A DNA stretch of 39,238 nt from positions 1 through 39,238 of the IMG/VR virus record IMGVR_UViG_3300033168_000004. One strand, 5' to 3'. The notes under the pieces were generated by a model, which was not told where the DNA came from, did no database searches, and saw nothing but the letters and a program-made list of their open reading frames with translations. The DNA comes from a virus. Its lineage: Duplodnaviria; Caudoviricetes. This document shows, piece by piece, positions 25,409-35,198 of the stretch (positions within the stretch are counted from its first letter, which is position 1; the number at the start of each line of letters is the position of its first letter). A program made the translations under genes and the position numbers.

Positions 25409-25869
25409 CGATCAAAGCCAGCCCCCCAGTGGTCCTCGCCGCGGTGATCCAAGCTGCGACGACGGCGCTTGCCGGGCAGGTCGCTGTCTCCGGGTCGGCG
25501 GTCGCGGTGGTCGAGGGCGAGATCGGGACCTACGTCGCCGACGAGTACGTGGTGATCCACGGCCTGTCCAACGGGTCACAGAAGTGGGGCCACATCGGCA
25601 CGCAGCGCCGGGACGAGAAGTACACCATCCACGGCCTGATCCGGGCCTACGTCGGCAACGAGGACCAGGCGTACTGCCGCAACCGAGTCTTCCAGCTATA
25701 CGACCTGCTCGGCTCGGTGTTGGACACAGACCCGAGCGTCGGCGCCGTCGTCAACGAATCGGTGCAGGCCGAGTGGACCGACCTACGGATGGGTGTCACT
25801 GACGCCGGGGGCCGTGCCGCCGAGCTCGACTTCCAGCTGCCTGTGTCCACCCAACTCATCGCGACCTAG
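25405..25869 (+). CDS. Tail terminator / head-tail joining protein
   Basis: RDE.Y.I and L..DPS.G motifs; position. Confidence 0.65.
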   Translation: MTIKASPPVVLAAVIQAATTALAGQVAVSGSAVAVVEGEIGTYVADEYVVIHGLSNGSQKWGHIGTQRRDEKYTIHGLIRAYVGNEDQAYCRNRVFQLYDLLGSVLDTDPSVGAVVNESVQAEWTDLRMGVTDAGGRAAELDFQLPVSTQLIAT

Positions 25870-25880
25870 AGGAGCTTGCC

Positions 25881-26138
25881 GTGCCGAAGTACGTCTACAC
25901 CGGAACCGAGGAGCGGTACTACCCCGACCTTGGCGTCCTCGCCACACCAGGGCAGGACTACAGCCTCGCTGAGCGCCCCGCTGATGGCATGTGGGCCACC
26001 CCGTCGAGCAACGCCGGCACAGAGGCTCAGGCGAGCCCGCAGGAGCCGTCTGAGGCGTTCCCCGTCGTTCCGCCCGCACCCGGCCAGACCGAGCCGTCGC
26101 CGGCTGCTGCCACGCCCACTGACCCTTCCGTCGTCTGA
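25881..26138 (+). CDS. Small protein preceding the tail tube gene
   Basis: GAGGAG RBS; Y.G.EERYYP.LG....PG. Confidence 0.7.
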   Translation: MPKYVYTGTEERYYPDLGVLATPGQDYSLAERPADGMWATPSSNAGTEAQASPQEPSEAFPVVPPAPGQTEPSPAAATPTDPSVV

Positions 26139-26170
26139 CCGTCCGCGCCTACCAGCCCGAAGGGTGAACC

Positions 26171-27361
26171 ATGCCTAACCCGACGTATACCAGCTTCCTG
26201 GGGATCGCGAAGGAGACGACGAAGCGCACCGCGCAGGCCGCCGTCGACTTCCTGCCTGTCAAGACGATGACGCCCTTGGACCATCAGGTGTACCTGCCTG
26301 ACACGGGGATGCGTGGCTCGCAGGTGATGAACTACGGGCAGATCGCGGGCGTGACGTGGGCCGAGTACGACTTTGCCGGGGACGTGTTCCCCGACACCTT
26401 CGGCTACCCCCTCGCCGGCGTCCTCGGGGACGTCACGACGACCGTCGGCACTGCTGCGGGTGCGGCCGGGACTCTGGCTGCCGCAAGCCTCGTCGGTGCG
26501 ACCACCGTCTCCTCGAGCGTCAGCTACCCGGCCGGCACCCTCGTGCAGATCGACGTCGGTGCGCTCGCGGAGGTCGTGACCACGAACGCCGCCCCAGTCG
26601 GCACCGGCCCGTTTACCATCGGTGTCCCGGCGCTGGTCCGGGCGCACGCCTCCGGTGTTGCTACCGCCGCGGTTGGTACGGCGAACACCCACGCGATGGC
26701 GGTGAAGAACACCGGGGACGGCCAGCCGCCGTCGTACACGTTCTCGGACTACAACGCGATGACGACCCGGCAGTTCGCCGGCGCGCAGTTCTCCGACGTC
26801 GGCATCCTGTTCACCGCTGAGGGGATGCTCAACTACACCGCGAAGGCGAAGGCGCTCGCGTCGGTCCCTGGCGCGCAGCCCCCGAAGTCGTACACGTCCG
26901 TGCCGCCGCTCGCGGTCTGGCGCGGCGCGATCACCGTCGCGGGCGCCGCTGACCTGACGATCCTGGACGGCACCTGCGACATCAAACGGAACATCGACGC
27001 GATCCATACCATCGACGGCACCGCCCCGGTCTACAACCTGTGGGCCGGCGCTGTCGCCGCGTCCGGGAAGCTCGCGGTCATCGCCGAGACCGAAGCCCAC
27101 CTGCTGAACTACCTCAACAACCTCCAGCCGAGCCTGGACATCAGTTTCCAGCAGGGCGTCGGGGCGCAGCAGAACGGATTGCAGCTCCACATGAGCAAGG
27201 CGGCGTACCTGACGGGGCAGATCAACCGCGGCAAGGACTACATCCAGGTCGACGTCACCTACGAGGCGGTCGCGAACACCTCCGACGTGGGCGCTTCGGC
27301 CGGGTACAGCCCGATCAAGGCCACCATCACCTCAGCCAAGGCAGCGGGGACGTACGCATGA
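26171..27361 (+). CDS. Major tail (tube) protein
   Basis: LGIAKETT N-terminus, QPPSYT and SPIKAT; position before chaperones; Ala/Val-rich insert. Confidence 0.85.
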   Translation: MPNPTYTSFLGIAKETTKRTAQAAVDFLPVKTMTPLDHQVYLPDTGMRGSQVMNYGQIAGVTWAEYDFAGDVFPDTFGYPLAGVLGDVTTTVGTAAGAAGTLAAASLVGATTVSSSVSYPAGTLVQIDVGALAEVVTTNAAPVGTGPFTIGVPALVRAHASGVATAAVGTANTHAMAVKNTGDGQPPSYTFSDYNAMTTRQFAGAQFSDVGILFTAEGMLNYTAKAKALASVPGAQPPKSYTSVPPLAVWRGAITVAGAADLTILDGTCDIKRNIDAIHTIDGTAPVYNLWAGAVAASGKLAVIAETEAHLLNYLNNLQPSLDISFQQGVGAQQNGLQLHMSKAAYLTGQINRGKDYIQVDVTYEAVANTSDVGASAGYSPIKATITSAKAAGTYA

Positions 27362-27717
27362 CCGCGCCCGCTCGGGTAGAGCTCCCCGGCGGCGGCTGGG
27401 CGGACCTACGCGATCCCGACGCGGTCACCGAGCGCCAGCGCAAGCCGTTCCTCGCCGCCTCCGGTCGACTGGTGAAATCCGATGACATGGAGGACTCTGG
27501 CTTCATCGCCGTTCTGGACGTGCAGGACGCGCTGGTCCTCGCGCTGGTCAACGCGTGGTCCTACGAGGCCCCCGTCACCGCTGACAGCCTGCTCGACCTG
27601 CCGTGCAAGGCCCTCGACGCCCTCCGCGCCGCTTGCTTCGCCCACCGGGACGCCCTCACACCGGACTTCGGACCCACCCCCGACCCGGCCAGCCCTACCG
27701 AGCCCTCCAACGTCTGA
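27358..27717 (+). CDS. Tail assembly chaperone (G)
   Basis: V.LP.GGWA.LRD, V.AWSY..P and PDF.P.PDP.SPT. Confidence 0.75.
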   Translation: MTAPARVELPGGGWADLRDPDAVTERQRKPFLAASGRLVKSDDMEDSGFIAVLDVQDALVLALVNAWSYEAPVTADSLLDLPCKALDALRAACFAHRDALTPDFGPTPDPASPTEPSNV

Positions 27718-27905
27718 GACAGGCGCTGGAGGGCCACAACGCTGATGTCCCCGAGCAGTTCCGGGACTACCAGCTCGCCAAGACGTTCGGCTACACACCC
27801 GCTGAGATCGACGCAGCGCCCGCGACCCGCTTGGACTGGATGCTGGCTTGTCACAGCACGGTCGTACAAGCCGAGAACGCCCAGGCCGAAAGGACGTCGC
27901 GGTGA
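27693..27905 (+). CDS. Tail assembly chaperone extension (T), -1 frame, probably reached by frameshift
   Basis: Open -1 frame overlapping the G end, with no good start: YRALQRL..ALEG...YQLA..FGYTP.EID..PA..LDW. Confidence 0.6.
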   Translation, partial: PYRALQRLRQALEGHNADVPEQFRDYQLAKTFGYTPAEIDAAPATRLDWMLACHSTVVQAENAQAERTSR

Positions 27906-28333
27906 TTGATGTCCGGGTCTACGCCGAAGCGTTCCAAGCCAGTTCGCACGCCCTAGATCGCCGGGCAGACCGGGCCACGATGTGGGGCTTGCGCGAGGTC
28001 GGCCGGCAACTCAAACGGGCTGAGAAGAAACGAGCCCCGGTCTACAAAGGTCCGGGCGGTGTCCGGCGGCTCAAGAAGGGTGTCGCCGGGCCGGTGAAGG
28101 CCGGCCCGCAGATCGGGCTGTTGAAGGCCAGCGTCGGTAGCGCACGGTCATTCAAGCGCGACGGTCTCGGTGCGTACGCGCTAGTCGTCGGCCCTCGCGG
28201 GGGACGGGTCAACCTTTACAAAGGCAAGATCGAACGCAAGTTCCACTACGCGCAGGACGCGTACGACGAGGTCATCCCACGGGCACCGGCCATCATGGCT
28301 GCCGGGTGGGAACGCGCAGTGAGAAGGGGGTGA
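27902..28333 (+). CDS. HK97 gp10-like tail completion protein
   Basis: Basic protein, K.RAPV...GLLKASV; position in the tail module. Confidence 0.55.
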   Translation: MIDVRVYAEAFQASSHALDRRADRATMWGLREVGRQLKRAEKKRAPVYKGPGGVRRLKKGVAGPVKAGPQIGLLKASVGSARSFKRDGLGAYALVVGPRGGRVNLYKGKIERKFHYAQDAYDEVIPRAPAIMAAGWERAVRRG

Positions 28334-28340
28334 CCTTCTA

Positions 28341-31124
28341 GTGGCGCTTTCCCCGGTTATGGTCGAGCTCCGGGCGAGTATCGGCGAATTTCGCAGTCGA
28401 ATGGCTGAGGCTCGCGGCGAGGTCGCAAAGCTCGAAACCGAGTCCCGCACGCACATGGCGAAGTTCCAGGCCTTCGGCAAGGCCGCCGCTCTCGGGGTCG
28501 CTGCGGGTGTCGTTGTCATCGGCGTGGAGTCGGTGAAGATGGCCGGTGAGTTCCAGACCGCGACGAGTGTGTTGCAGACGGCAGCGGGCGAGTCATCGGC
28601 AGGACTCAAGATTGTCCGCGCCGGCATCCTGGACATCGCGAAGAGCACGGGTACGACGTGGCAGAACCTTGCCGAAGGCATGTACCAGGTAGAGAAGGCC
28701 GGCTATCGCGGCGCGGACGGGTTGAAGATCCTCAAGGCGGCGGCGCAGGGCGCGAAAGAGGAGAACGCCAGCCTTTCGGTCGTGACCAACGCGATGACGT
28801 CGGTCATGGCGTCGTACAACATCCCGGCCGACAAAGCCGTGCAAGTTATGAACGCGCTCAAGACTGCCGCCGCCGGGTCGAAGGACACGATGCAGAACTA
28901 CGCCGCGTCGCTGTCCACGGTGTTGCCCATTGCCTCTGCCGCGCACATCTCATTCGCTCAGCTCGGCGGTGCGCTTGCGGCGCTGACTCGGCACGGCACA
29001 ACGGCGCACGAGGCGACGCAAGAACTGAACGGCGCGATCCGAGGGTTGCTGACGCCACTCCCTGCTGCGCAGAAGGCCATGGCGCAGCTCGGTATTTCCT
29101 CGATTGAGGTGTCGCAGAAGCTGGGGCAGCGCGGTATCACGGGCTCGATGGAGTACCTGACGAAGGTCATTGCCGAGCACACGAAGGGTGGGCTTGTCCA
29201 GATCGGGATGATGCGGCAGAGCGCGTCAGCAACGGACGATCTGAAACGAATGATGGACCAGATGTCACCCGCTGCGAAGGCGATGGCAGCGGACCTGATG
29301 AACAACACGATCACAGTGAAGGACTATCGCAAGGAAGCGGGACACCTTGACCCGGTGCAGGCCGCGATGGGTCGGCAGTTCGCGACGTTGGCGCTGAAGG
29401 CCAAGGGATTCTCTGACGAGGCGAAGGCCGGCCTGCCTGTGCAGACCACAATGGAGGCGCAGCTCCGCAAGGTGACGGGCGGCGCCGTTGGCCTCCAGAC
29501 CGCGCTGATGCTGTCCGGTAGCTCAACGGCGTACGCGAACGACATGACCAAGCGGATCTCGGAGTCCATGAACAACGCCTCGAAAGAGGTCGAGGGCTGG
29601 CACCAGACACAGGGCCTGTTCAACACCCGGCTGGACCGGTTCAAGCAGACCGTTGACGTGCTCGCTATCCAGATCGGGACGAAGCTGATCCCGGTCCTGA
29701 CGGCGGCGATGGACTGGATGGGCAAGCACAAGACAATCGTGGAGGCTGTCGCCGGGGTCATCGGTGGCGTCTTGATGATCGCGATTGGTGCGTGGATCGC
29801 GGGCATGGTCGCCGCTGCCGCCGCGACCGTTATGGCTACCTGGCCCATTTTGTTGATCGTCGCCGCTGTCGCGGGGCTCGCCGCGGGTTTCGTCTACGCG
29901 TGGCAGAAGTCCGAGGTCTTTCGGGACGTCGTCATCGGCGTCGTGGATATGGTCAAGATGGGCTTTTACAAGATGGTCTACGAGGGCCTGGGCATGTTCC
30001 GTGTATGGCTGATGGCGTGGCTTGAGACCGCCGGCGGCATCCTGCACGGCGCCCGGCTGATGCTGAGCTGGGTGCCCGGGTTGGGCGACAAGCTCAAGCA
30101 CGCCGACGACGCCTTCCGTGGGTTCAAGGACGGCGCGCTGTCCACGATTGACAAGCTCCGGGACGGCATGCACGAGAAGATGCTGGCGGCGACAGTGCAG
30201 ACCGCCTACCAGTCGGCCCTGACCGGTCAGGCGTTGAAGCACGGGATTGAGGATCGGCTCCCGGCCTATCTTGCGATCGCCGACAAGTACGGCAAGACAC
30301 TCCCGCAGGTGCTGCACGACGCCCGGTTGCCCGCGAAGGACGCGGCCACGATCATGGCGCAGGCCGCTAACAGTGGTTTCGCGGCTGGGCAGCCTGGGGC
30401 CTCGGCGGCGTCGAACCAGATGGGCAGCAGTCTGGTTGACGGCGTGCAGGCACACGTCGGGCTCGCAGCGCAGGCCGGTCAGAACCTGGCGCTGGGTGCC
30501 CGCAACGGCGTGGCGGGCGTCGGCGGGTTCGACACCCTCGGCTCTAACGCCGGCCAAGGCTTCGTCAACGGGCTGCAGTCGATGATGCAGCCCGTATCGG
30601 ACGCCGCTTTCAACATGGCGAAGATCGCCACGGATGCGGTCGCGGCGGCGCACAACACGCACAGCCCGTCGCAGGTGTTCCACGAACTCGGCCGCAACGC
30701 GGGCTTAGGTCTGGCGCTGGGTATGCGTTCCACCCGCCGCGGTGTTGCTGAGGCCGCACTGGACATAGCGCAGGCGGCGCGGGACGCCATCGCGGACGCC
30801 CATGAGCACCACGGACCCCGCGCCCATCACCCTCGCCAGCACGCGGGCGCGGGACACACGGGGCACCACCCGCACGCCCCGCACATCCCCCGTGTTACGC
30901 ACCACCCGCGGCCAACTGGACTGCCCGCGGGCCGGGCGTGCATCCCGGTGTGCAAGCCCGGACAGGGCGGATCACCCGGCGCGCAGTCGGCAACGATCGA
31001 TCTGCACGTCATCTTGGACGGCCGGGAGATTCACCGCAGCGTCCAGACCCACGAGTTGCAGTACCAGGCTCGTAACTCCCATTCGTCTACGGCAGTGAGC
31101 AAGGGGAGCAGCCGTGCCTGCTGA
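28341..31124 (+). CDS. Tape measure protein
   Basis: 927 aa Ala-rich helical; TP901-like core, hydrophobic segment, AW.KSEVFR, HSPS.VF and LDGREI. Confidence 0.93.
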   Translation: MALSPVMVELRASIGEFRSRMAEARGEVAKLETESRTHMAKFQAFGKAAALGVAAGVVVIGVESVKMAGEFQTATSVLQTAAGESSAGLKIVRAGILDIAKSTGTTWQNLAEGMYQVEKAGYRGADGLKILKAAAQGAKEENASLSVVTNAMTSVMASYNIPADKAVQVMNALKTAAAGSKDTMQNYAASLSTVLPIASAAHISFAQLGGALAALTRHGTTAHEATQELNGAIRGLLTPLPAAQKAMAQLGISSIEVSQKLGQRGITGSMEYLTKVIAEHTKGGLVQIGMMRQSASATDDLKRMMDQMSPAAKAMAADLMNNTITVKDYRKEAGHLDPVQAAMGRQFATLALKAKGFSDEAKAGLPVQTTMEAQLRKVTGGAVGLQTALMLSGSSTAYANDMTKRISESMNNASKEVEGWHQTQGLFNTRLDRFKQTVDVLAIQIGTKLIPVLTAAMDWMGKHKTIVEAVAGVIGGVLMIAIGAWIAGMVAAAAATVMATWPILLIVAAVAGLAAGFVYAWQKSEVFRDVVIGVVDMVKMGFYKMVYEGLGMFRVWLMAWLETAGGILHGARLMLSWVPGLGDKLKHADDAFRGFKDGALSTIDKLRDGMHEKMLAATVQTAYQSALTGQALKHGIEDRLPAYLAIADKYGKTLPQVLHDARLPAKDAATIMAQAANSGFAAGQPGASAASNQMGSSLVDGVQAHVGLAAQAGQNLALGARNGVAGVGGFDTLGSNAGQGFVNGLQSMMQPVSDAAFNMAKIATDAVAAAHNTHSPSQVFHELGRNAGLGLALGMRSTRRGVAEAALDIAQAARDAIADAHEHHGPRAHHPRQHAGAGHTGHHPHAPHIPRVTHHPRPTGLPAGRACIPVCKPGQGGSPGAQSATIDLHVILDGREIHRSVQTHELQYQARNSHSSTAVSKGSSRAC

Positions 31125-31881
31125 GGTATTCGCTAACGCCCCCGCAGGTGCGGATACCGCACTGACTACCGCGCTGGCCTCGGCGGCGGCGACGTCGGCG
31201 GTAGTCGGTTCGGTCGCTGGGCTGCCGGTCGCTGATCCGACGTTGGGGCTGCCGTCGCAGTGGCGCGGGGTGTTCCTGAACGGCAGCGGGCAGGTGCTTG
31301 AGCGGTTCATCTGCACCGATTCCCGGACCACGACGCTCACTTTGGTGCGGCAGGCCGAGGACGCAACTGCCTACCCTGCTGCGGTCTGGCCGGTCGGGAC
31401 TGCGGTGGCGCACGAGTTGAGCGCCGGAGCGATGGCGACGGTGCAGCAGAACCTGCTGCACAAGTGGCGCAGGCACGCGACGGTGACGCAGTCGATCCCG
31501 GCGACCACAATAACGACCATCGCATTGGACACCCTCGACTTCGACAGCGCCGGCCTGGACCCCGGTCCGGTGAACACGGCGACGATCCGGCGCGCTGGCT
31601 TGTATCTGGTGTCGTGGGGCGGGTTGGGCTACAACAATCCGGCCGCGACCGTCGCGAACTATGGGTGGGTCACGAAGAACGGTATTGTGGCGGGTGCCTC
31701 GCGCATCGCACCGTTGACGTATATTACGACCGTCGGCGCCCTGATCGTTCTTGGCGACTCGGATCAGCAGCAGCTGGCTGTCGGGGACACGTTGGTATTA
31801 TCGACGTACACGACGGTGGCGCAGTCCACGAACCTCGGTGGCGGTTTGCCGTTCCTGTCCGTCGTTCGCCTCGGGGACTGA
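31114..31881 (+). CDS. Minor tail protein
   Basis: GGGGAG RBS; LTLVR..E...A..W.VG..V N-terminus and beta-rich C-terminus (TIRRAGLYLV). Confidence 0.7.
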   Translation: MPAEVFANAPAGADTALTTALASAAATSAVVGSVAGLPVADPTLGLPSQWRGVFLNGSGQVLERFICTDSRTTTLTLVRQAEDATAYPAAVWPVGTAVAHELSAGAMATVQQNLLHKWRRHATVTQSIPATTITTIALDTLDFDSAGLDPGPVNTATIRRAGLYLVSWGGLGYNNPAATVANYGWVTKNGIVAGASRIAPLTYITTVGALIVLGDSDQQQLAVGDTLVLSTYTTVAQSTNLGGGLPFLSVVRLGD

Positions 31882-31884
31882 CCC

Positions 31885-33897
31885 GTGGCTGTCCTGACGG
31901 GCGACCGTCTCGGGGTCGGCCCAGCCCGCCCCGGGCTGTTCCGCCTCGGTGCCCGCAACGGCGGCGCGCTCCCCGCTGCCCCGCCGGCCTACCCGAACTG
32001 GCCGACCCTGCAGTTCCAGCTCGCGGTGTACTCCGACCCGAACGACAAGGGCAGTCTGATCAACTGGGCCGGCGCGGTGGACATCACGAACCGGGTGGTC
32101 GGTGGGTGGAGCGCGCACCGTGGCGCGACCTACGAGCTGGGGCGCACGGAGACCGGCGAGATGCTGGTGCCGATTGACAATCGCGATGGCGCTCTGGACC
32201 CGGCGAACGGCGCGAGCCCTTACGCCGGGTATGTCCTGCCGTTCCGGCCGATTCGCATCCTGAGCACATGGCAGGGCGTGACCCGGCCGGTGTTCACCGG
32301 TTTCGTGGAGCGGTGGCCGACCGCATGGACGCGGGGCGGCAGGTTCGGGCAGTCCGACCTCGTGTGCGTCGATGCGCTCGCCCTGTTGTCGCAGGCGCAG
32401 TACCGCTCGGCGGTGCAGGACACGACCCTGAGCGACAACCCGCTGTACTACTGGACCCTTGCGGCGGTCGGCGCACCGAACCCGACCTCGCCCGGCACGT
32501 CGGTCAACAGCGCGAAGACCGACGCCGGGACGTGGAACGCGCCGATGCAGTTCGCCGGTGGCTACACAACGGTGGCGTCTATCGTCCCTGCTGGGGACAG
32601 CGGACAGGCAGTGCATCTTGACGGGGCGCCCGCGACCTACGCCAACGTTCCCCTGAGAACCTCTGTCAGTGTCGCCGCTGGGCTCAGCGCAAGCATATGG
32701 ATCTCCACGACTGCCACGGACAGCCTTCGTAGCTTCTTTGCCTTCTACAACACGACCGTCGGAAACGTGCTCTCACTGTCGATTGTTCCTGCGACGGGTC
32801 AGCTGCAAATCACTGACGTTAACGGTGTCAGTACGGCAGTCGATGCCGCGACGTGTGGAATCCTAAACGATGGTGCTCCGCATCTCGTGAGCGTCAACGT
32901 CCAGTCTGGTTCCATCACCACCCTTGTCGATAATCGGCCGCCCTACACCTTCACCACAACAGGCGCCTCGAACAACTTCGTTGCTACCAGGATCTACGTC
33001 GGCGCGGGTTACTACAACGCCTTCCTCGGTTCGTTGTCGCATCTGGTGCTGCGAAGCACGTGGATCCCCACGACGCCCGGCCCGAACGGCAGCCTGCGGC
33101 ACACCGACCTGTTCAACGCCGGCGAGACCGGCTTTGCAGGCGAAACAACCGGTGTCCGAATCTCGCGGCTGCTGGATTACACCAACTTCAAGCAGCCTGG
33201 CCTGTCCAGCCCGAAGGCCAGTATCGACCGGGGCTTGTCCACCGTCGCCACCGTTCCGAACGGCGGTTCGTGCCTCGACGCAATCCTCAGCACCGCCGAC
33301 ACAGACGAACTCGGCACGTTCTTCACCGACGCCGCCGGGGTCCTCACCTTCCGGCAACGTGACAGCCGGACCGTCAACGGCGCGGTCGCCTTCACCTTCG
33401 GGGGTCGGGTCGACCTCGGGGAAATCCCGGTTGAGATGGACCTCGCGACCGACTTCGACCCGACGCTGATCTACAACACCGTCAGCCTCACTGCCTGCCG
33501 GATCATGACGCCGCTGGACCGGGCCGATCTCACCAGCCAACGCCGTTACGGCACCCGGGCGCTGGCACATTCCACGAACCTCGACGCCTACCCGACCGAC
33601 GCCGTTGTCCAGAACCGTGTCAGCGCCCTGCTCGCGACGTACAAGGACCCGAAGCAACGCATCCGGCTGCTCACGTTCAAGCCGTCCCACCTCGACCCGG
33701 CGGTGTGCCCCAACGCTTGGCTGGCCGCCCTGACCCTCGAACGCGGGTCGCGGGTCCACGTCAACCAGCGGATCACCCCGACGATCAGCATGGACTGCCA
33801 CGTCGAGCACATCGCCCACACGGTGGACCGAATGACTGGCTGGCAAGTGCAGCTCCTGCTGAGCCCCACGAGCCTCGCCGCCGCCCTCGCGTTCTAG
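31885..33897 (+). CDS. Minor tail / baseplate hub protein with central LamG-like region
   Basis: RG..YEL, DNRDG.LDP, FTGFVERW, LNDG.PHLV, ETTG.RI.RLL and G.LTFR.R. Confidence 0.8.
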   Translation: MAVLTGDRLGVGPARPGLFRLGARNGGALPAAPPAYPNWPTLQFQLAVYSDPNDKGSLINWAGAVDITNRVVGGWSAHRGATYELGRTETGEMLVPIDNRDGALDPANGASPYAGYVLPFRPIRILSTWQGVTRPVFTGFVERWPTAWTRGGRFGQSDLVCVDALALLSQAQYRSAVQDTTLSDNPLYYWTLAAVGAPNPTSPGTSVNSAKTDAGTWNAPMQFAGGYTTVASIVPAGDSGQAVHLDGAPATYANVPLRTSVSVAAGLSASIWISTTATDSLRSFFAFYNTTVGNVLSLSIVPATGQLQITDVNGVSTAVDAATCGILNDGAPHLVSVNVQSGSITTLVDNRPPYTFTTTGASNNFVATRIYVGAGYYNAFLGSLSHLVLRSTWIPTTPGPNGSLRHTDLFNAGETGFAGETTGVRISRLLDYTNFKQPGLSSPKASIDRGLSTVATVPNGGSCLDAILSTADTDELGTFFTDAAGVLTFRQRDSRTVNGAVAFTFGGRVDLGEIPVEMDLATDFDPTLIYNTVSLTACRIMTPLDRADLTSQRRYGTRALAHSTNLDAYPTDAVVQNRVSALLATYKDPKQRIRLLTFKPSHLDPAVCPNAWLAALTLERGSRVHVNQRITPTISMDCHVEHIAHTVDRMTGWQVQLLLSPTSLAAALAF

Positions 33898-33939
33898 AGC
33901 TCGCTGCACCCTCCCGCCGCCTGACCCGAAGGGAGCCGC

Positions 33940-34305
33940 ATGCCCGGAACGTCCGACCCGGAAGTCATGCGCTACATCCTGGAAACCCTCACGGCCCGGC
34001 TGGACCAGACCATCGGCCGGTTCGAAACCGTCCTGGGCGCGCTCGACGGCACGTACGTCCGGAAAGAGATTTACGACCGGGACCGCACGAACGCCACCGG
34101 AGTCGCTCTCGCGGCCGAGCAGGCAGTGCGGGTCACGACCACGGACCTGACCCGCCGGATGGACACCGCCGACAAGGCCGCCGACGCCGCGGACAAGGCA
34201 GTGAAAGAGAACCGGACCGCGCTGATCCGAATCGGGATCGGTGGCGCCGTGAGCGTCGGTGTCGGCCTGATCGTCGCGGTCGCGTCCGCCGGCGGGTTCC
34301 ACTGA
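33940..34305 (+). CDS. Coiled-coil membrane protein (lysis region)
   Basis: GGGAG RBS; C-terminal transmembrane helix. Confidence 0.7.
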   Translation: MPGTSDPEVMRYILETLTARLDQTIGRFETVLGALDGTYVRKEIYDRDRTNATGVALAAEQAVRVTTTDLTRRMDTADKAADAADKAVKENRTALIRIGIGGAVSVGVGLIVAVASAGGFH

Positions 34306-34481
34306 TGGCCGCCCGGCCGGAGCTGTTCGCCGGGTCCCTCACCCCCGAGATGCGCAAGCTCCTCGACGGCCTCGACGGGTTGACCAGCCGGCTGGGGCAG
34401 CTGACAGACCGCCTTGAGGAGAGCTACCCCGAACCCGACCCTGACCTCGCCGGCAGCACCGAGGAAGGACATCACCGATGA
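34305..34481 (+). CDS. Small hypothetical protein
   Basis: TGATG and ATGA coupling. Confidence 0.55.
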   Translation: MAARPELFAGSLTPEMRKLLDGLDGLTSRLGQLTDRLEESYPEPDPDLAGSTEEGHHR

Positions 34482-35107
34482 CTGACCTGCCCGATGCGGG
34501 ACCTCCGACAGGTGCTGACAGGCCCGAGGTAGACGAGCATCTTCCCTACGACCACACCGACTCGCAGGCCACCACGGACCGGGACCAGGCCACCACGGAC
34601 CGGGACCAGGCCACCACGGACCGGGACCAGGCCACCACGGACCGGAACCAGGCGACCACGGACCGGAACGAGTCACGGGCCCGGGGGCGGACATCCCGCG
34701 ACGATGTGGCAGCTCTCGCCGGGTCCGTGACGGAGCTGGCCAAATCCGTCGCAGGCCTACACACCCTGATTCGGCTGTCGATCGAAAAGGCCGATCAGGC
34801 GCAGGCAGCGGCGACCGCGAACCCGACCCGGCGCCGGCTGAACCTGACCGTCGTAGCGCTCGTTGTCCTCGCCCTGGCCCTGGCCGGCGTCGGCGGGTGG
34901 GTCGTCCACAACCAGCAGCAGCAGGAATACCAAGCGTGCCAGCTCCGCAACGCCCAGCATGCCCAGCAGCAGGAGTTCGCCGGCAAGCTCGACGCGGCGG
35001 TGCAACGAGCCCGGCGGGAAGGGTCAGTTCTGGGCCGGGACCTCGGCAGCCTGCTGACCCCGATGCCCCAGGCCCCGACGGTGATGTGCCACCCACCCCG
35101 GCCGTGA
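34478..35107 (+). CDS. Membrane protein with heptad repeat, possible spanin-like lysis accessory
   Basis: QATTDRD x5, one transmembrane helix, helical C-terminal domain with two Cys. Confidence 0.65.
   Translation: MTDLPDAGPPTGADRPEVDEHLPYDHTDSQATTDRDQATTDRDQATTDRDQATTDRNQATTDRNESRARGRTSRDDVAALAGSVTELAKSVAGLHTLIRLSIEKADQAQAAATANPTRRRLNLTVVALVVLALALAGVGGWVVHNQQQQEYQACQLRNAQHAQQQEFAGKLDAAVQRARREGSVLGRDLGSLLTPMPQAPTVMCHPPRP
34565..34669 (+). repeat. 21-bp tandem repeat x5 (in-frame VNTR)
   Basis: CAGGCCACCACGGACCGGGAC x3 exact plus 2 variants. Confidence 0.95.
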
Positions 35108-35198
35108 ACGGGGACGTGAAGCCGTGCCCGGACTGCGCCGTCGCTTGCCTGCAGACCGGCCGGACCGCCAAAGCCCTTGAAGTCCTGGAGCGTGCGAT

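Noticed and set aside
34565-34669. Possible CRISPR array
   Set aside because: Units are contiguous with no spacers, keep the reading frame, and no cas genes are present.
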